A stretch of 64,000 bases of DNA. Source: Chrysomallon squamiferum (Eukaryota > Animalia > Mollusca). A model generated the notes under the pieces. The model was not told the DNA's origin. It did no database searches and was given only the letters and a program-made list of their open reading frames with translations. Shown piece after piece: positions 42,682 to 56,230 of the stretch (its first letter is position 1; each line of letters opens with the position of its first letter). The translations under genes were made by a program, and so were the position numbers. The stretch lies in the NCBI GenBank assembly GCA_012295275.1, contig CM022670.1, forward strand, positions 11,594,001-11,658,000, given 5' to 3'.

Positions 42682-42965
42682 TTACGTAATCACTGAAGTA
42701 GAGCAAATAACTCGATTTGCATAATAATGATGTTTACGCAAACACTGGTGGAGATACATGAGTGGATTATCAAAATAATAAGTTTACGTAATCACTGGTA
42801 GAGAGACCCATGAAATAGTAATTCAAAAGGAGCCAAAAACCGTTCAAAGCTTTTAAAAGTTAAATAGGATATTTACGTAATCATTTTCGTAAAAAGTCCT
42901 AAGCTGACAATCATTTGAGGCTGCGGGATGATGGTGTTGTTAGATTTGATTTTTATATGACGTCA
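42682..42965. promoter_or_regulatory. bZIP motif cluster: 3x TTACGTAA, 1x TTACGCAA, 1x TGACGTCA
   Basis: TTACGTAA at 42682, 42784 and 42873; TTACGCAA at 42734; TGACGTCA at 42958. Confidence 0.45.
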
Positions 42966-43308
42966 TTCGGAATGATGAGTTCCTTTTCCTTTTTCTTCAT
43001 TGTGTAAAATCTTAACCGACTTCTTACTGATGTCCCTAATTTCAATTTCTGCACCTGATAAACCTTTTTTCAGTCTTTCTTTCAGTTATAATTATCGAGA
43101 TTTGTTTATTTTGATTAAAAAAGAATTCAAATTTTTATTTTTAAATTAATGACTGAAAAAAAAAAAAATAAATACCTGGAAACTTGCATTTGAAACAGGA
43201 CATTTTAATTTCGGTCTTGAAATTGCCAACGCTTCTCGAAGGATGGATATTTCTTATAAAAACAAAATTATATAATAATAATAATAATAATAATAAAAAT
43301 AATAATAA

Positions 43309-43356
<48 letters not shown>

Positions 43357-43516
43357 GTCGTTACAAATGTATGACATCAGCTTTAAAAACATTTATTCAT
43401 AAAATATATTATTTACAGAATTCAAAAAACAGCGAACTCCTGCTGCTGTTAATGTCGAGTTGAAATTCCAGTTCACTGTTGAAGATGACTGCAAAAACCC
43501 CAGATGCCTATTGTTT

Positions 43517-43790
43517 CCTCAAATTAGTCTACTGAAACAGAATTTTCTTCTCAAAGTGTGGTATGTCAGAACGGAATTTTCTTTTCATAATCTGGTCTAT
43601 CGAAACAGACTATTCTTCTCATCGGCGAGTCTTAATATAGAATTTTTCCTCTCAAAGTTTTGTCTGCATAATACAGAATGCTCTTGTTAAAAGTCTGGTC
43701 ATTCAATACAGGAGGTACTTCGCCAAGTCTAGTCTATCGAAATAGAGTTTTCTCCTCAAATTTTGACAAACGAAATATTAGATTTTCTGA
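43517..43790. repeat. Old degenerate ~33-bp tandem repeat (~8 units)
   Basis: Recurring CAAAGTCTGGTCTATCGAAACAGAATTTTCTTCT-like units. Confidence 0.6.
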
Positions 43791-45251
43791 ACGTTTAACG
43801 GGCCCAACCTTTTGCCAGACTAATATTTAAAGGGGAATATGGCATCCACAAACGAAATCCATAGCTTCTGGCATCCATATTTGCTTGAACGAATCTTTAA
43901 TTCGTCTCCATGGAACCAACACAACTGAAGTCATCTTAATGTTCAATCAAGCATTAACTGAAGTCATCCCTATTTTTATGTTTGTCCAAGACATGATGAA
44001 GACGTCAATACTTTGAGCATGCTAACCTATTTGTTTCCGACGTAAACAGTGTATTTATACTGCTGTTTAATTACGTGGAAGATATTAATCTAAAGGATGG
44101 CAATATCTACATATTATCTCTAAACAGTATTATCTGGCTGTCTGTGTTTATGTGTATGTGTCGTGTGTGGGAGTAACACAGGAAGAAAGAGGCAGAGATT
44201 AATGAATTTAACGTCATCCTTTTTACTGAGATTAAAGCTAATGTGAAAGAAAAATCCACATTACTTATTCATATTTTAATACCACAAACAATCTTTAATA
44301 TTATACTGAGACAATGTCAATGTATGTCGTTTTAAGAAAAAGGAAAGAAGAAAAAAAAAAGTCTTGCTGAAGTATGCGAAAGGGCCTCCACATGTTTGTT
44401 TGCTTGAACGAATCTTTAGTTGAAGAAAGGAAATAATTTAAATTCGATTTATAATTGATTTATAGGTTTTGAGTTGGCTTTTCTTTTCTTTTTTTTTTTT
44501 TTTTTTTTTTTAAAAGATATGTTTGTGTGTTTTTTAATGTTATAAATATATGTGACAGATGTATTATTAATAATTTTAATGTAACTTTGATTCGTTTCTT
44601 CTTCTTATTGTTATTCTTTTATATATTCTCAATATCTTTTCTTTTTCTTTTATTTTTTTAAATCCCTTCCTCTCTAGTTCTGCAAATGGTCTTTTAATTT
44701 AAATTTTATGGACACACTCAACAGTAACGTTCTTTTATATCTTCTTGACACTCTATAGCCGACATGTTTATTTATATGCAACACTTACACATCCATTCGT
44801 TTATCCATCTGTTCAGTTTATTGACCGCTACGTGCCGTATCGAGTGACACATAATTCATTTAGTTATTTTACAGGAGAATTCGCAATCAGACACATAAAT
44901 TAATTACTGCATGCTTTCTTTATTATTGCTGTTATTTGCAAATCCAAGTTTGCAAATATCTGAATACGAGAATTAAACTGGGTAAAGCAAGTTTATATGG
45001 TCCTATTCATTTTGTTTCAAACTGAACGATACGATGTGGAATCGTTTCGGTGACTGATGCTTCGTGTGAAATAGCAGTAGAAATATTTTCTATCTATCTG
45101 GACGTGTTTCACCCAAGCTGTTGCCCATTTCCAATAAACACTGACTGGTTTTTCTGTTGTTAACGTGTTAGTCTGTCCTTCGGGGAGTAATTAAAAATCA
45201 CCAGTTTAGAATGAATAACAGTGTGATACTGCTTGGAACATTGTCCTCCCC

Positions 45252-45383
<132 letters not shown>

Positions 45384-46912
45384 GCTTTAAGACAGCAGAA
45401 CTGACTTATCCGCTCTATATAAATATATTTCTTTTAGGTCCATAAATAATGAGTTTGTTGTTAATTTTATAACAATGAAATGAAAATAACAAAACAAAAC
45501 AACTAAACGTAACCGAGAAACAGTTTCCTTTTATCAGCAGGATAACGTCACTATCAAAATAAACATTCATACAGGGCATTCACGAAAAATACAATCGGCT
45601 ATAAATGTTTATTTCAATTAACGTTTTTTTGTACGTGGTAAAATAATAAAACACAAACATACAAAAAAAAAAAAAAATATTATATCAAAATATTTATTCC
45701 TATCCTTTCACAAATCACAGAACTGGCTCACGAGCTGTGTAATACCGCGGTTATTATGATTAAAACTATTTCAGAAGCGCCAATATTTGGCACCTTGTTT
45801 CTTCACCCAGCAGATTCGCTTGACCGCCGTCTAATAGAATTTCTCGCTGGCGAAAACGCGGACTAGTTAATTAATACTCACAACGCGGATGTCCGTGAAG
45901 TTACCAGTTTTCAGCTTTCTGGCCACCACTGGCTACTACTCGAATGCATTAATTGTATTTGTTTAACCCGAGGAACTGTTAATTACCAATACAATGCTTG
46001 TAGCTTCTTAACACGACTATTGTACAGCAAGTTAAGCTCAACGAATGAAACTAGACGTTTCATCTAGAGTCAGAAATATTTGTTTTTCATCCATGCAAAA
46101 TGTAGTAATAACTGAATACTGTAATTGATTATTAATTATAATTACGAAGAAACTGTTTGTGCCTGATTACCGTCTAATTACGATACAATTAAAATGAATA
46201 AGTAAAAACATTAGATGTGCATTTTAAAGCCAGTATGTAAATGTATTAAATGACGTAATTAATTGTTAATGATTAGCATCAAATTACAGTCAAACCAAAA
46301 CAAACTAAAAATTAAAAATAATGGTAAACATTAAACATTAAATTCGTTACTAACCATACTAAAGCAAAGTGCTAGTTCTCTGGTCATAACAACTTGATTC
46401 ATAGTCTATTTGAAAAACGAGTCAACTGTACGTCATGGCTGACATGTAAATGTAACTGAACAACAACAACAACAACAATAATAATATACATTTTGAAAAT
46501 GATATTAAAAAGAAATTTGGGTAAAATACAATACTGAACATAATTTTATAATAAATTAAGATAATGCAAAATGTAGATAATTATAAAATAAATTTTGATA
46601 ATAAACAAAATGCTGAAGTTAATTTTAAAATACATTCGTATAATAAAACAAAAAATATTGAGATAAAAATTTAAAAACCACATTGATAATATAATGCAGA
46701 AGAAAATTTTAAAAGAAATGTTGATAGTATATAATACTGACATAATTTTATAATAAATTTTGGTAATATACAATGTAGGAGATAAGTTGAAAATAAGTCT
46801 GAATGATATAGAATTTATAATGTAATTTTAAACAAATTTTGATAATATAAAAAACTGAATAGTTTTAAAATAAATCTGGATGATTATAGTACGTTGAAGA
46901 TAATTCAAAAAT

Positions 46913-47147
46913 AAAGAATATAGAAGATAATTTTAAATTACAGAATGTAGATCATTTAAAAGTAAAGAATGTAGAAGATAATTTTAAACTGTAGAATGAA
47001 GAAGATCATTTAAAAGCAAAGAATATAGAAAATCAATTTAAATTAGAGAATGAAGAAGATCATTTAAAAGCAAAGAATATAGAAAATCATTTTAAATTAG
47101 AGATTGTAGTAGATCATTTTAAAAGTAAAGAACGTAGGAGATAATTT
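46913..47147. repeat. ~54-bp tandem repeat built from two ~27-bp subunits (~4.5 units)
   Basis: AAAGAATATAGAAAATCATTTTAAATTAGAGAATGAAGAAGATCATTTAAAAGC-like units; more decayed related sequence extends leftwards. Confidence 0.8.
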
Positions 47148-47750
47148 AATAGCAAAATTTGGATAATTTCCAGAATGAAAAGACAATTGTAAAAATACAT
47201 CCACTTCGCCACTTTCTCTTTTTTGTGCAACACTGATTTGGCACGGAATATTTTGTACCATTCTGAGACTGATGCAAACGCGAACAGCACAAGGCGGTGG
47301 AGTTTGTGTAACTTCCTTGATTAGGCTGATTGTGTTATGGAATTACAGGGATGGCCGAAACCATTTCTTTCACATCACTAACAATCTACTGTTGGAATTG
47401 GGAAAGGACGGCCGGTGTTAGACGCTATTCGAGATCTGGAGCAATTTCATCGAACCGGGATGTCAATATCCTTCTGATGGATGGGGGAAATGCAATGAGC
47501 AAACAGCATTGCGATTGAATAGTTATTGATTGAGACGCATCAACTGCCGACGAAGGGTTGGTATGTGTGGAGTCGTGACTGCCGCTGTTTACTTACAATA
47601 AGTGGCTGTTGTCGTGTATCGTGCCTAGCGAGTCTGCTCGGGATTAATAATTCTGTCGTCATACGAGGAAAAAAAAAATCATCTTAACTAAAAACCTCTG
47701 CCTCCTGTCCTTCGTACTGGTCGTGATCATCAACATCCTCCGCCTCCTGC

Positions 47751-47782
<32 letters not shown>

Positions 47783-49299
47783 TTCAAAATATGTCACTAT
47801 AGTAATAACGTTCTGTTATTATTAGTAGTAGTCGCTGTTGTAGTTGTGCCAGTAGTTGTAGTATTCGTCGTTTCAGTACTGTCAACAGCAGTAGTAGTAA
47901 TAATAACAATGGTAGCTGTAGTAGTGGCAGCAGAAGCAAAATCAGTAGTAGTAATAGTAGAATTTTAGTTGTCGTAGTAGAGGTGGTTGGAGCAGAAGCA
48001 ACAGCAATAGTGACAGTAGCAGTGAAAGTAGTAGTAGATGATTCTTCATTAATATAATACCTTAAAGTGACAGAAAATTGCTTGTCATTTACTACTGTTA
48101 ATCTTGATTTATATTTTTACACAGTTTTGCTAGTTATATAACTATTATTTTAACAGAAAGTTTTTATGCTTTTTGTAAGGACTGTTACAGTCAGTGCATT
48201 GAACACGAACTGCACGTTTTATTATCTTGCCGTATGTAAGATGATTTCAGACATTTTAAAAACTAAATGATACATTTTTCTTAATAAATATTAACAAGTT
48301 TTATCTGCAAATGAACAGTTCATTTTAATAATGAATGAAAAGGACAAGTTTTTATTAGAATGCATTTTTAAAAGTCTTCATAATTTAAGATTATGTTTAA
48401 ATAAGAAGTCATTTGAACCTTTGAAACATAATAAATAAAACGTGTTCATAAAAAATATTAATGACCTATTTATTAATTTTTATATTTAGTATATTATTGT
48501 CAACGACTACATTATTTTCTTTTCAATTTTTTTTTTTTTATTCTTTTTTAAAATTATTTTGATTAAATTTGTATTAAGTTTAGTCTTAGAAAAACTTTAA
48601 TTAATTATTATTATTATTTTTTATTATTTTGATTAAATTTGTATAAAGTTTTGTCTTACAAAAACTATAATTAATTAATTATTATTATTATTTTTTATTT
48701 TTTTTATTTTTTATTTTTTTAATACGAATGTAATTATATATCAATTTTCTTTTTTAGTACATGTTCACGACCTTTATTTTCCTACGTCTGCTGGTAAGTG
48801 GGAGGGAAATGTGATCATTAGGTCTGAATACAAAAGGAAAACGGTCCGGATTCTATTACAAACAATTGCTCTGTATTTGTTATTTTTTAATTAGTTTTAC
48901 TATTATTATTTTTTAAATTTTAGTTAAGATGTAAGAGATGCTTTTACCGATGATTAAAACGAACACCAAACATGCTGACTTTCAAATCATTCTTAAATAA
49001 TGTAAATAAAAAAAAAGACGTGACTTGTGTTATGTGAATCGTTCGTCTGGTAAATCTAAATGATTTACTGGAACGTTTTTAGTTTAATTGAAATTGATTC
49101 TTATTGCATTTCTTTATCGAACGTCCGCATGATACATAAATATCGTGATGTTTCATTCATTCAGTTTCTCAGTGCTTGTAAAAGAGGGTATTAATTTCTT
49201 ATTAAGAATGCTGAAAAATCTTCTTTGTTTTCGAGGTTTGGTAAGATGCTGTTTTGAATTTATTTGATAAAAAAATCTTGATTTTCTGTATTAAGATAT

Positions 49300-49804
49300 T
49301 TATTATTACTGCTACTGTTACTTTTATTCCCATCAGCTACTACCACTACTACTACAACTATAACTACACCAACCACTTGAAAAATATAAAATATACTTCT
49401 ACTACTGCTTCTACTAATGCTACTATTATTACTATTTCTAATAATAATAATAATAATAGTAACATTGTTATTACTACTATTACAGATAATACAACTATTA
49501 CTATTATTATACAAAAAACCCCACCTATTACTACCACTACAAGTACTACTACTACTACTACTACTACTATTATTTCTACTACCACTATTACTATTACAAC
49601 TAGACTGTGACTGGTTCTATTAGTGCTTTTGCTATACTACTACCACTATTGTTATTACTTCAATAACTATAACTACAACTATTATTATTATTAAAACAAC
49701 AAAAGTATCTATTTCTATTACTGCTGTTTAGGTCATTACTACTTCTTTTACTTCTAAAGTAATAGTGATACTACTGTTCCTGGTTCTACTAGTGCTTCAG
49801 CTAT

Positions 49805-49839
<35 letters not shown>

Positions 49840-50231
49840 TTTACAACAATACTTTTGTTATTACTACTATCACTATTACTGCTACTACAACTGTTTCTTC
49901 TATTAAAACAACAAAAAACTTCTTGTGCTGCTGCTATTAGTATTATTTTTATTACCAGTAGTACTCTCTACTACTGATACTTCTGAAATAATAACTATAT
50001 TACCGTTACTATTTCTACCAGTGCTACTATTATTACAATAAAAACAACTATTATTATTACTACAATTACTACTATTATTAATTCTACGAATACTGCTACT
50101 ACTTCTACCATTACTATTACTACTTCTAATAATAATAGCAAAAATTATCTATTATTAATACTGCATCTGCTACTATTATTAAAACAACAAGAACACTATT
50201 ACTGTTGCTGCTGTTATTACTATTATTATTT

Positions 50232-50268
<37 letters not shown>

Positions 50269-50292
50269 AATAATAATAATAATAATAATACT
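49300..50292. repeat. ~1 kb degenerate (ACT/ATT/AAT)n trinucleotide low-complexity tract
   Basis: Directly visible; source of several spurious poly-T/L/V ORFs. Confidence 0.9.
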
Positions 50293-51167
50293 TATAATTA
50301 TCTGAAATTAATTTTGCCCGGATTCTAAATTGCAGTTCAGTAATAAGCTAACACGCGATACTCACAGATGAATCTATTCATTTGTGTGTTACTGTGTTAA
50401 TATCGCGTCTGAAATTAGTAATAAATTATTGTTATAATAACAAGGTATCTAATTAGTGTTTGTCACATTCATTGAATCCGAAAACCTATTGCTAAAATCG
50501 ACTGTTTGCGAACAAACAAAACGCAGTAATAAAGCAGCTAGTTTAAAGCAGAATAGTTCTATGCGAATAATAAAAGAATATGTACGCCTTTGTCGGCCAG
50601 TGTCCTTTGTACGCGGGTGAGAATGTGCAAACTGTCTTATCTGCTCTTAATTTTGATTTCGGTTTTAAATATTTGTAACTGAGTAAGTCATTAATACAAG
50701 AAACACCACTGCTGTTTTCAATCTACATCTCCAAAAAATCTTTAACCACACATTATAACCGTCCACATATATGTTATAGTTGTTTGAGAATTGTGTTGTT
50801 TGTGTGTGTGTTTGATGCAGTCAGCTTTCCTTCGCTAATTATGAACATTATCCCAGTATCGCGGACGTGTTATTCGAACCAGCGTGGATTTCAGGTTGTT
50901 AATGCGACGAAACATCTCTGCTTGATAACGTTGTTCGGGGCGAGGTTAAAAATACCAAAAATAAACTTCTGAGAAGACCCCCCGAGGGTGTTACTAGTGG
51001 ATGCCAAGACAGTCCAAGTTTCACCAAAAATCAATACTGGAAACAGAGCGGGGTTAATTTTAGACAGCATTCCGCGACAAACGTGTTTCTTCGCCAGTTA
51101 AAAGTATATCAATCACCAACACGTATTTATCAATCTGTTAAATAAATACCAGCAAGAAAGGATGGTG

Positions 51168-51218
<51 letters not shown>

Positions 51219-51600
51219 TGGTTGTTGTTTTGTTGTTGTTGTTGATGCTGTCATTGTTTTTTTTTTATTATCGTTTTAAATATATATATATAAATAAATA
51301 AATAAATAAATTCCTTATTATCTGTAACTATTGAAATAACTGTGAAAGTCTAATTTGATATCTGTGCTGTACAGGGTGAATAATTTTAAGAAACACTAAC
51401 TCCGATGAACCTGAGAGAAAATTGATTAATTCTTGATTTCCTTTGAATGTTAGCATCGCGTTTCAATTATAACATTTTATAACATATAGGAGGAATCATC
51501 TCATCTGGAAGTTTTATATTTTTTTTTTTTTTTTTTTATCAAATTAAATGGCAGCCGGTGATTATACAGATTTTGTTTTTGTTTTTAACCAATATATTTA

Positions 51601-51732
51601 TGACGTCATAGAAGTAACATATCATTGAATCATCATCATCATCATCATCACTCTTTGTCTGTTTACAGAATCGAAATGACATGCTGTGACGTCATAACAT
51701 ATTTAATAACGTCTAAGTGGATTATGACGTCA
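51601..51732. promoter_or_regulatory. Cluster of three perfect palindromic CRE sites (TGACGTCA)
   Basis: TGACGTCA at 51601-51608, 51687-51694 and 51725-51732. Confidence 0.55.
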
Positions 51733-53684
51733 AAGCAGGGAAGTTGAACTCCTCAAACGCGCTGAGCATAATAACTTGTTCATGAATTTATACGTACGAC
51801 TTCAATACTCCCAGAATCAGACTGGTCACTGACAATTAAGTTCTGGGCATTTACATATATGGAGACTGCGCATGGAAATAAGCCGCAAACACATTCACAA
51901 GATGTCTGTCAGTTTGAAAAACAATATTGAATATGACCTTCGCTGTTTATCTGACAGTCTTGGCGGTGCTGGCTCGTAGATTTGATCAAAACTGGCAAGG
52001 AAGGCAACAACTTCCAACAACAGACTAGCTGCATTTATCAACCCTCCACAGACAGTGAGAGGCCGGGAGTTCATTTTGATGAAAATACAGAAACCGTTCA
52101 AAAATAAGCCAAAACCCTCGAATTTTTGACAACTGTTAGTTACGTTTGTATTTGCTTGTTTCAGTTATGCGTTTCAGAGTATCTCAGCGTGCTAATCCTG
52201 TGAGAGAAATAAAGGGTAGAGTCACTTTTTTTTTTTTTCACTTTATATTTGATGGGATAACGCGACCATTATTTATTAAAAGACTTTATTAGACACTGTT
52301 GAATTTCCTTGTTTGAACAATTACAAAATGAAAAATGTCATCAGATGAACTTTTAGGTTGTGTTGATATTACACATGAGACCAACACAGAAAGAACGTGA
52401 CCTTAAGTTTCCCTTAGAAGATATTTATAACTAATCTATTTTAAAAATAAATATGTTATTTCTGTTTCATCACATCGCTGTTACAGTTAACTGCGGTAAT
52501 CATCTGTAATCCTATTTGCAGTGTACTCCACCAAAATAATTCGATGACTTATTCAAGCCGTTCAAAAAAAAAAAAAAAAAAAGTGTTTTTGAAGAAGTAA
52601 ACGGGGCCAACACATATTGAAAATAATAAATAGGTGTCATTTTCTGCAATAATCAAGCGTATCTGAATATTTTCATTCAAGAAAGATTCTAGAGAGAAAC
52701 AAAACGGAGCACCAGATAATGGATCTTTGCATGCTCGTTATTATGGCTTGTCATTCTGTGACGAAGCCAATACGAACCTCGGTTGTTAGCACAAAGTAAA
52801 CAAATATACTCAGCACAAGAATGAATTTGTAACAGTAAATAGGTTAGTTAAGACGTGAGATTCTGTTTACGTGAGGCATGCCCAGGTACAGGTTAAAAGG
52901 ATCCCATATCCGAAATACGAATCTTTTTCCAAACATTGATATTATATAGTTTTCGGAATGTTTTGTATAAACACTAACTTCATTTTATGCACAATTTTAT
53001 TTAAAAAAAAAATATTACATAAAAAATCCTGCAGACTATTAATATAAATGGATTAGTATTTAGACTATTCAGGCCACATCTTTCTATTCCAAAATCAGAA
53101 ACATTTCCAGGCCCCAGCAATTCGGATAAAGGATTTTAAAGGTGTCCCTGTATAAAGTAAAGCTTCAGAAGTGCAGATCATGGTTTCCTCTGAAATTTAA
53201 AAATTCCAATCTAAACTGTGACGTCTTAAACATGTCAGAGAAACTTTAGAATAATAAATTAGACACTTCAAATGAAACCATATTATACCGCAACATAAAA
53301 CTGATCATTTTAAGCATCTAAATATCGCATATACTCCATTTTAATGAGATGTTTTATAAATTGGTCAATATTGCTAGAGCACGGTTTCATTTTATCTTTG
53401 TAATATAGAGTGTCTCCGACTACATTAAACTTCATTAGATTAATTAAAACGTGAATGTAAATGAATGCGCAAAGAAATAAACAAAATTAATGGCAATTTC
53501 GGACTGGTACGGCCAGTATTTACGTTCTAAAAGGAAAATATAGTGAACAGTTATTTCTCTACAGAGAAACTCACCAATATGAATAACACTTGCCAAACTT
53601 GTGAGCAGCCATTTTTATTTCAGCTTCGTTTCTGAACAATAGCAATGAAGTGAATATTTCCCATCTTAACTATCCGTCTTCTAA

Positions 53685-53873
53685 TATCTTACAGTTAATT
53701 CTTTCACTTGTGTCACACTCTAAAAGAACGTTTTTTGTCTGACGTATCCGTCTTTACTTTGTTTATGAAAAGAAAGAAAGAAAGAAAGTAAAATTATCTT
53801 TGGCTTGGTGATTAACTGAAATTTTCAGTTTGAATGTCTTGTCAGATATCGCATTTGTTTTCACGTCACGACA
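53685..53873 (+). repeat. 189-bp direct repeat, left copy
   Basis: Matches 55131-55319 with about 4 substitutions. Confidence 0.92.
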
Positions 53874-53887
53874 TCTATAGAAAAAAC

Positions 53888-54872
53888 ATATGTTCTATAG
53901 TGAAAACAATCATCAGTGTAAATATGTTCTATAGAGAAAACAATTATCAGTGTAAATATGTTCTATAGAGAAAACAATTATCAGTGTAAATATGTTCTAT
54001 AGTGAAAACAATTATCAGTGTAAATATGTTCTATAGAGAAAACAATTATCAGTGTAAATATGTTGTATAGTGAAAACAATTATCTGTGTAAATATGTTCT
54101 ATAGTGAAAACAATCATCAGTGTAAATATGTTCTATAGAGAAAACAATCATCAGTGTAAATATGTTCTATAGAGAAAACAATTATCTGTGTAAATATGTT
54201 CTATAGTGAAAACAATTATCAGTGTAAATATGTTCTATAGTGAAAACAATTATCAGTGTAAATATGTTCTATAGAGAAAACAATTATCAGTGTAAATATG
54301 TTCTATAGAGAAAACAATTATCAGTGTAAATATGTTCTATAGAGAAAACAATTATCAGTGTAAATATGTTCTATAGAGAAAACACATTATCAGTGTAAAT
54401 ATGTTCTATAGAGAAAACAATTATCAGTGTAAATATGTTCTATAGAGAAAACAATTATCAGTGTAAACATGTTCTATAGAGAAAACAATTATCAGTGTAA
54501 ATATGTTCTAAAGAGAAAACAATTATCAGTGTAAATATGTTCTATAGAGAAAACAATTATCAGTGTAAATATGTTCTATAGAGAAAACAATTATCAGTGT
54601 AAATATGTTCTATAGAGAAAACAATTATCAGTGTAAATATGTTCTATAGAGAAAAACAATTATCAGTGTAAATATGTTCTTAAGAGAAAACAATTATCAG
54701 TGTAAATATGTTCTATAGAGAAAACAATTATCAGTGTAAATATGTTCTATAGAGAAAACAGTTAACAGTGTAAATATGTTGTATAGTGAAAACAATTATC
54801 AGTGTAAATATGTTCTATAGAGAAAACAATTAACAGTGTAAATATGTTCTATAGAGAAAACAATTATAAGTG
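53888..54872. repeat. 34-bp minisatellite, ~29 copies
   Basis: Unit AAAACAATTATCAGTGTAAATATGTTCTATAGAG head-to-tail with no spacers; decays at the right edge. Confidence 0.97.
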
Positions 54873-55130
54873 GAAATATGATCTTTACTGAAAACACATT
54901 TTCAGTGTAAATATAATCTATAATAAAAACAAATTATGGGTAAATATGCTGTGCAAAAACCCAAACACCCCCCACAACAAAAACACCAAACGAAAAATAA
55001 ACAAACAACAACAAAAAAAAAAAAACCACCAAAAAAACCTATAGCTTCCTAGAATTAATCATTATGCGAAATAAACCTTTGATTCAGAGCTTTAAAAAAA
55101 TGGCAGAAACGAACGTTTCCGCCAACTAAC

Positions 55131-55319
55131 TATCTTACAGTTAATTCTTTCACTTGTGTCACACTCTAGAAGAAAGTTTTTTGTCTGCCGTATCCGTCTT
55201 TACTTTGTTTATGAAAAGAAAGAAAGAAAGAAAGTAAAATTATCTTTGGCTTGGTGATTAACTGAAATTTTCAGTTTGAACGTCTTGTCAGATATCGCAT
55301 TTGTTTTCACGTCACGACA
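55131..55319 (+). repeat. 189-bp direct repeat, right copy
   Basis: Matches 53685-53873. Confidence 0.92.
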
Positions 55320-55506
55320 CGAGAGCCTCGCTTTCATTGAGTGTAAAACACAGCTGGTTGGGTCAGGTTAGTATTTACCTTGTCAGCTTATTTGTGTCAA
55401 GAGTTCTGTTTTCTATTTAACTAAAGACAAAAAAAAAAAGTAAATAAAGAAAGAAAGAAATAAAATAAGAAATAATATAAAGAAATAAATAAAATAAAAA
55501 ACAATA

Positions 55507-55538
<32 letters not shown>

Positions 55539-55631
55539 AAAAATAATAATAATAAAAAGAAGAAAGTAAAATAATAATAATAAAATCAAAATGTAAAAAA
55601 TCAAATAAACAAAAATAAAATAAAATCAAAT

Positions 55632-55667
<36 letters not shown>

Positions 55668-56013
55668 AAAAAGAACGAACAAAATTTTTTAAATAAATAA
55701 AAATATATCCTGGAAGAAAATTGGAAATTGGTATACGTTTTCATTACACATTCTGAACGTCCAGATTCTTCGTGATTTGTCATCCAGACTCTAGAAGAGA
55801 GCATCATTATTGGGCTTTGTTTAGAGTATCATTTAACGTTAATCCGGTCCTTGTTAGTTTGGTCTGAAACTGGATTTACGTTAAGAGCTCTGCCTTCTCG
55901 ATAGTATTAAGAAACTGTGCCTTTTCCATAGTGACTGTGATAGCAGCTAGCGTTTACGACAGCCACAATATCTTGGCTTTATTAGTAGTTCACTTAGACA
56001 TGAATGTGTGCTT

Positions 56014-56016
<3 letters not shown>

Positions 56017-56093
<77 letters not shown>

Positions 56094-56230
56094 GTGTATG
56101 TATATATGTGTGTATATATACACACACACACACACATATATATATGTGTATATGTATGTGTGTGTGTATATATATATATGTGTGTGTGTGTGTGTATGTT
56201 TATGTATGTATGTATGTATGTACGTATATA
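56017..56230. repeat. Compound microsatellite (TC)n followed by mixed TA/CA/TG
   Basis: Directly visible. Confidence 0.9.

Noticed and set aside
45739-45756. AATACCGCGGTTATT resembling an rRNA conserved motif
   Set aside because: Only a short quasi-palindrome, with no flanking rRNA similarity.
48554-48700. ~70-bp local tandem duplication (similar small ones near 17875-17950 and 35045-35200)
   Set aside because: Ordinary slippage duplications in AT-rich intronic DNA.
49254-49977. Thr-, Leu- or Val-rich ORFs resembling mucin or membrane proteins
   Set aside because: Translations of degenerate trinucleotide repeats with no splice support. The same applies to poly-I/N/L/ER/SL ORFs elsewhere in the track.
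53888-54872. 34-bp repeat array resembling a CRISPR array
   Set aside because: Units are head-to-tail with no unique spacers, there are no cas genes and the context is eukaryotic; it is a minisatellite.
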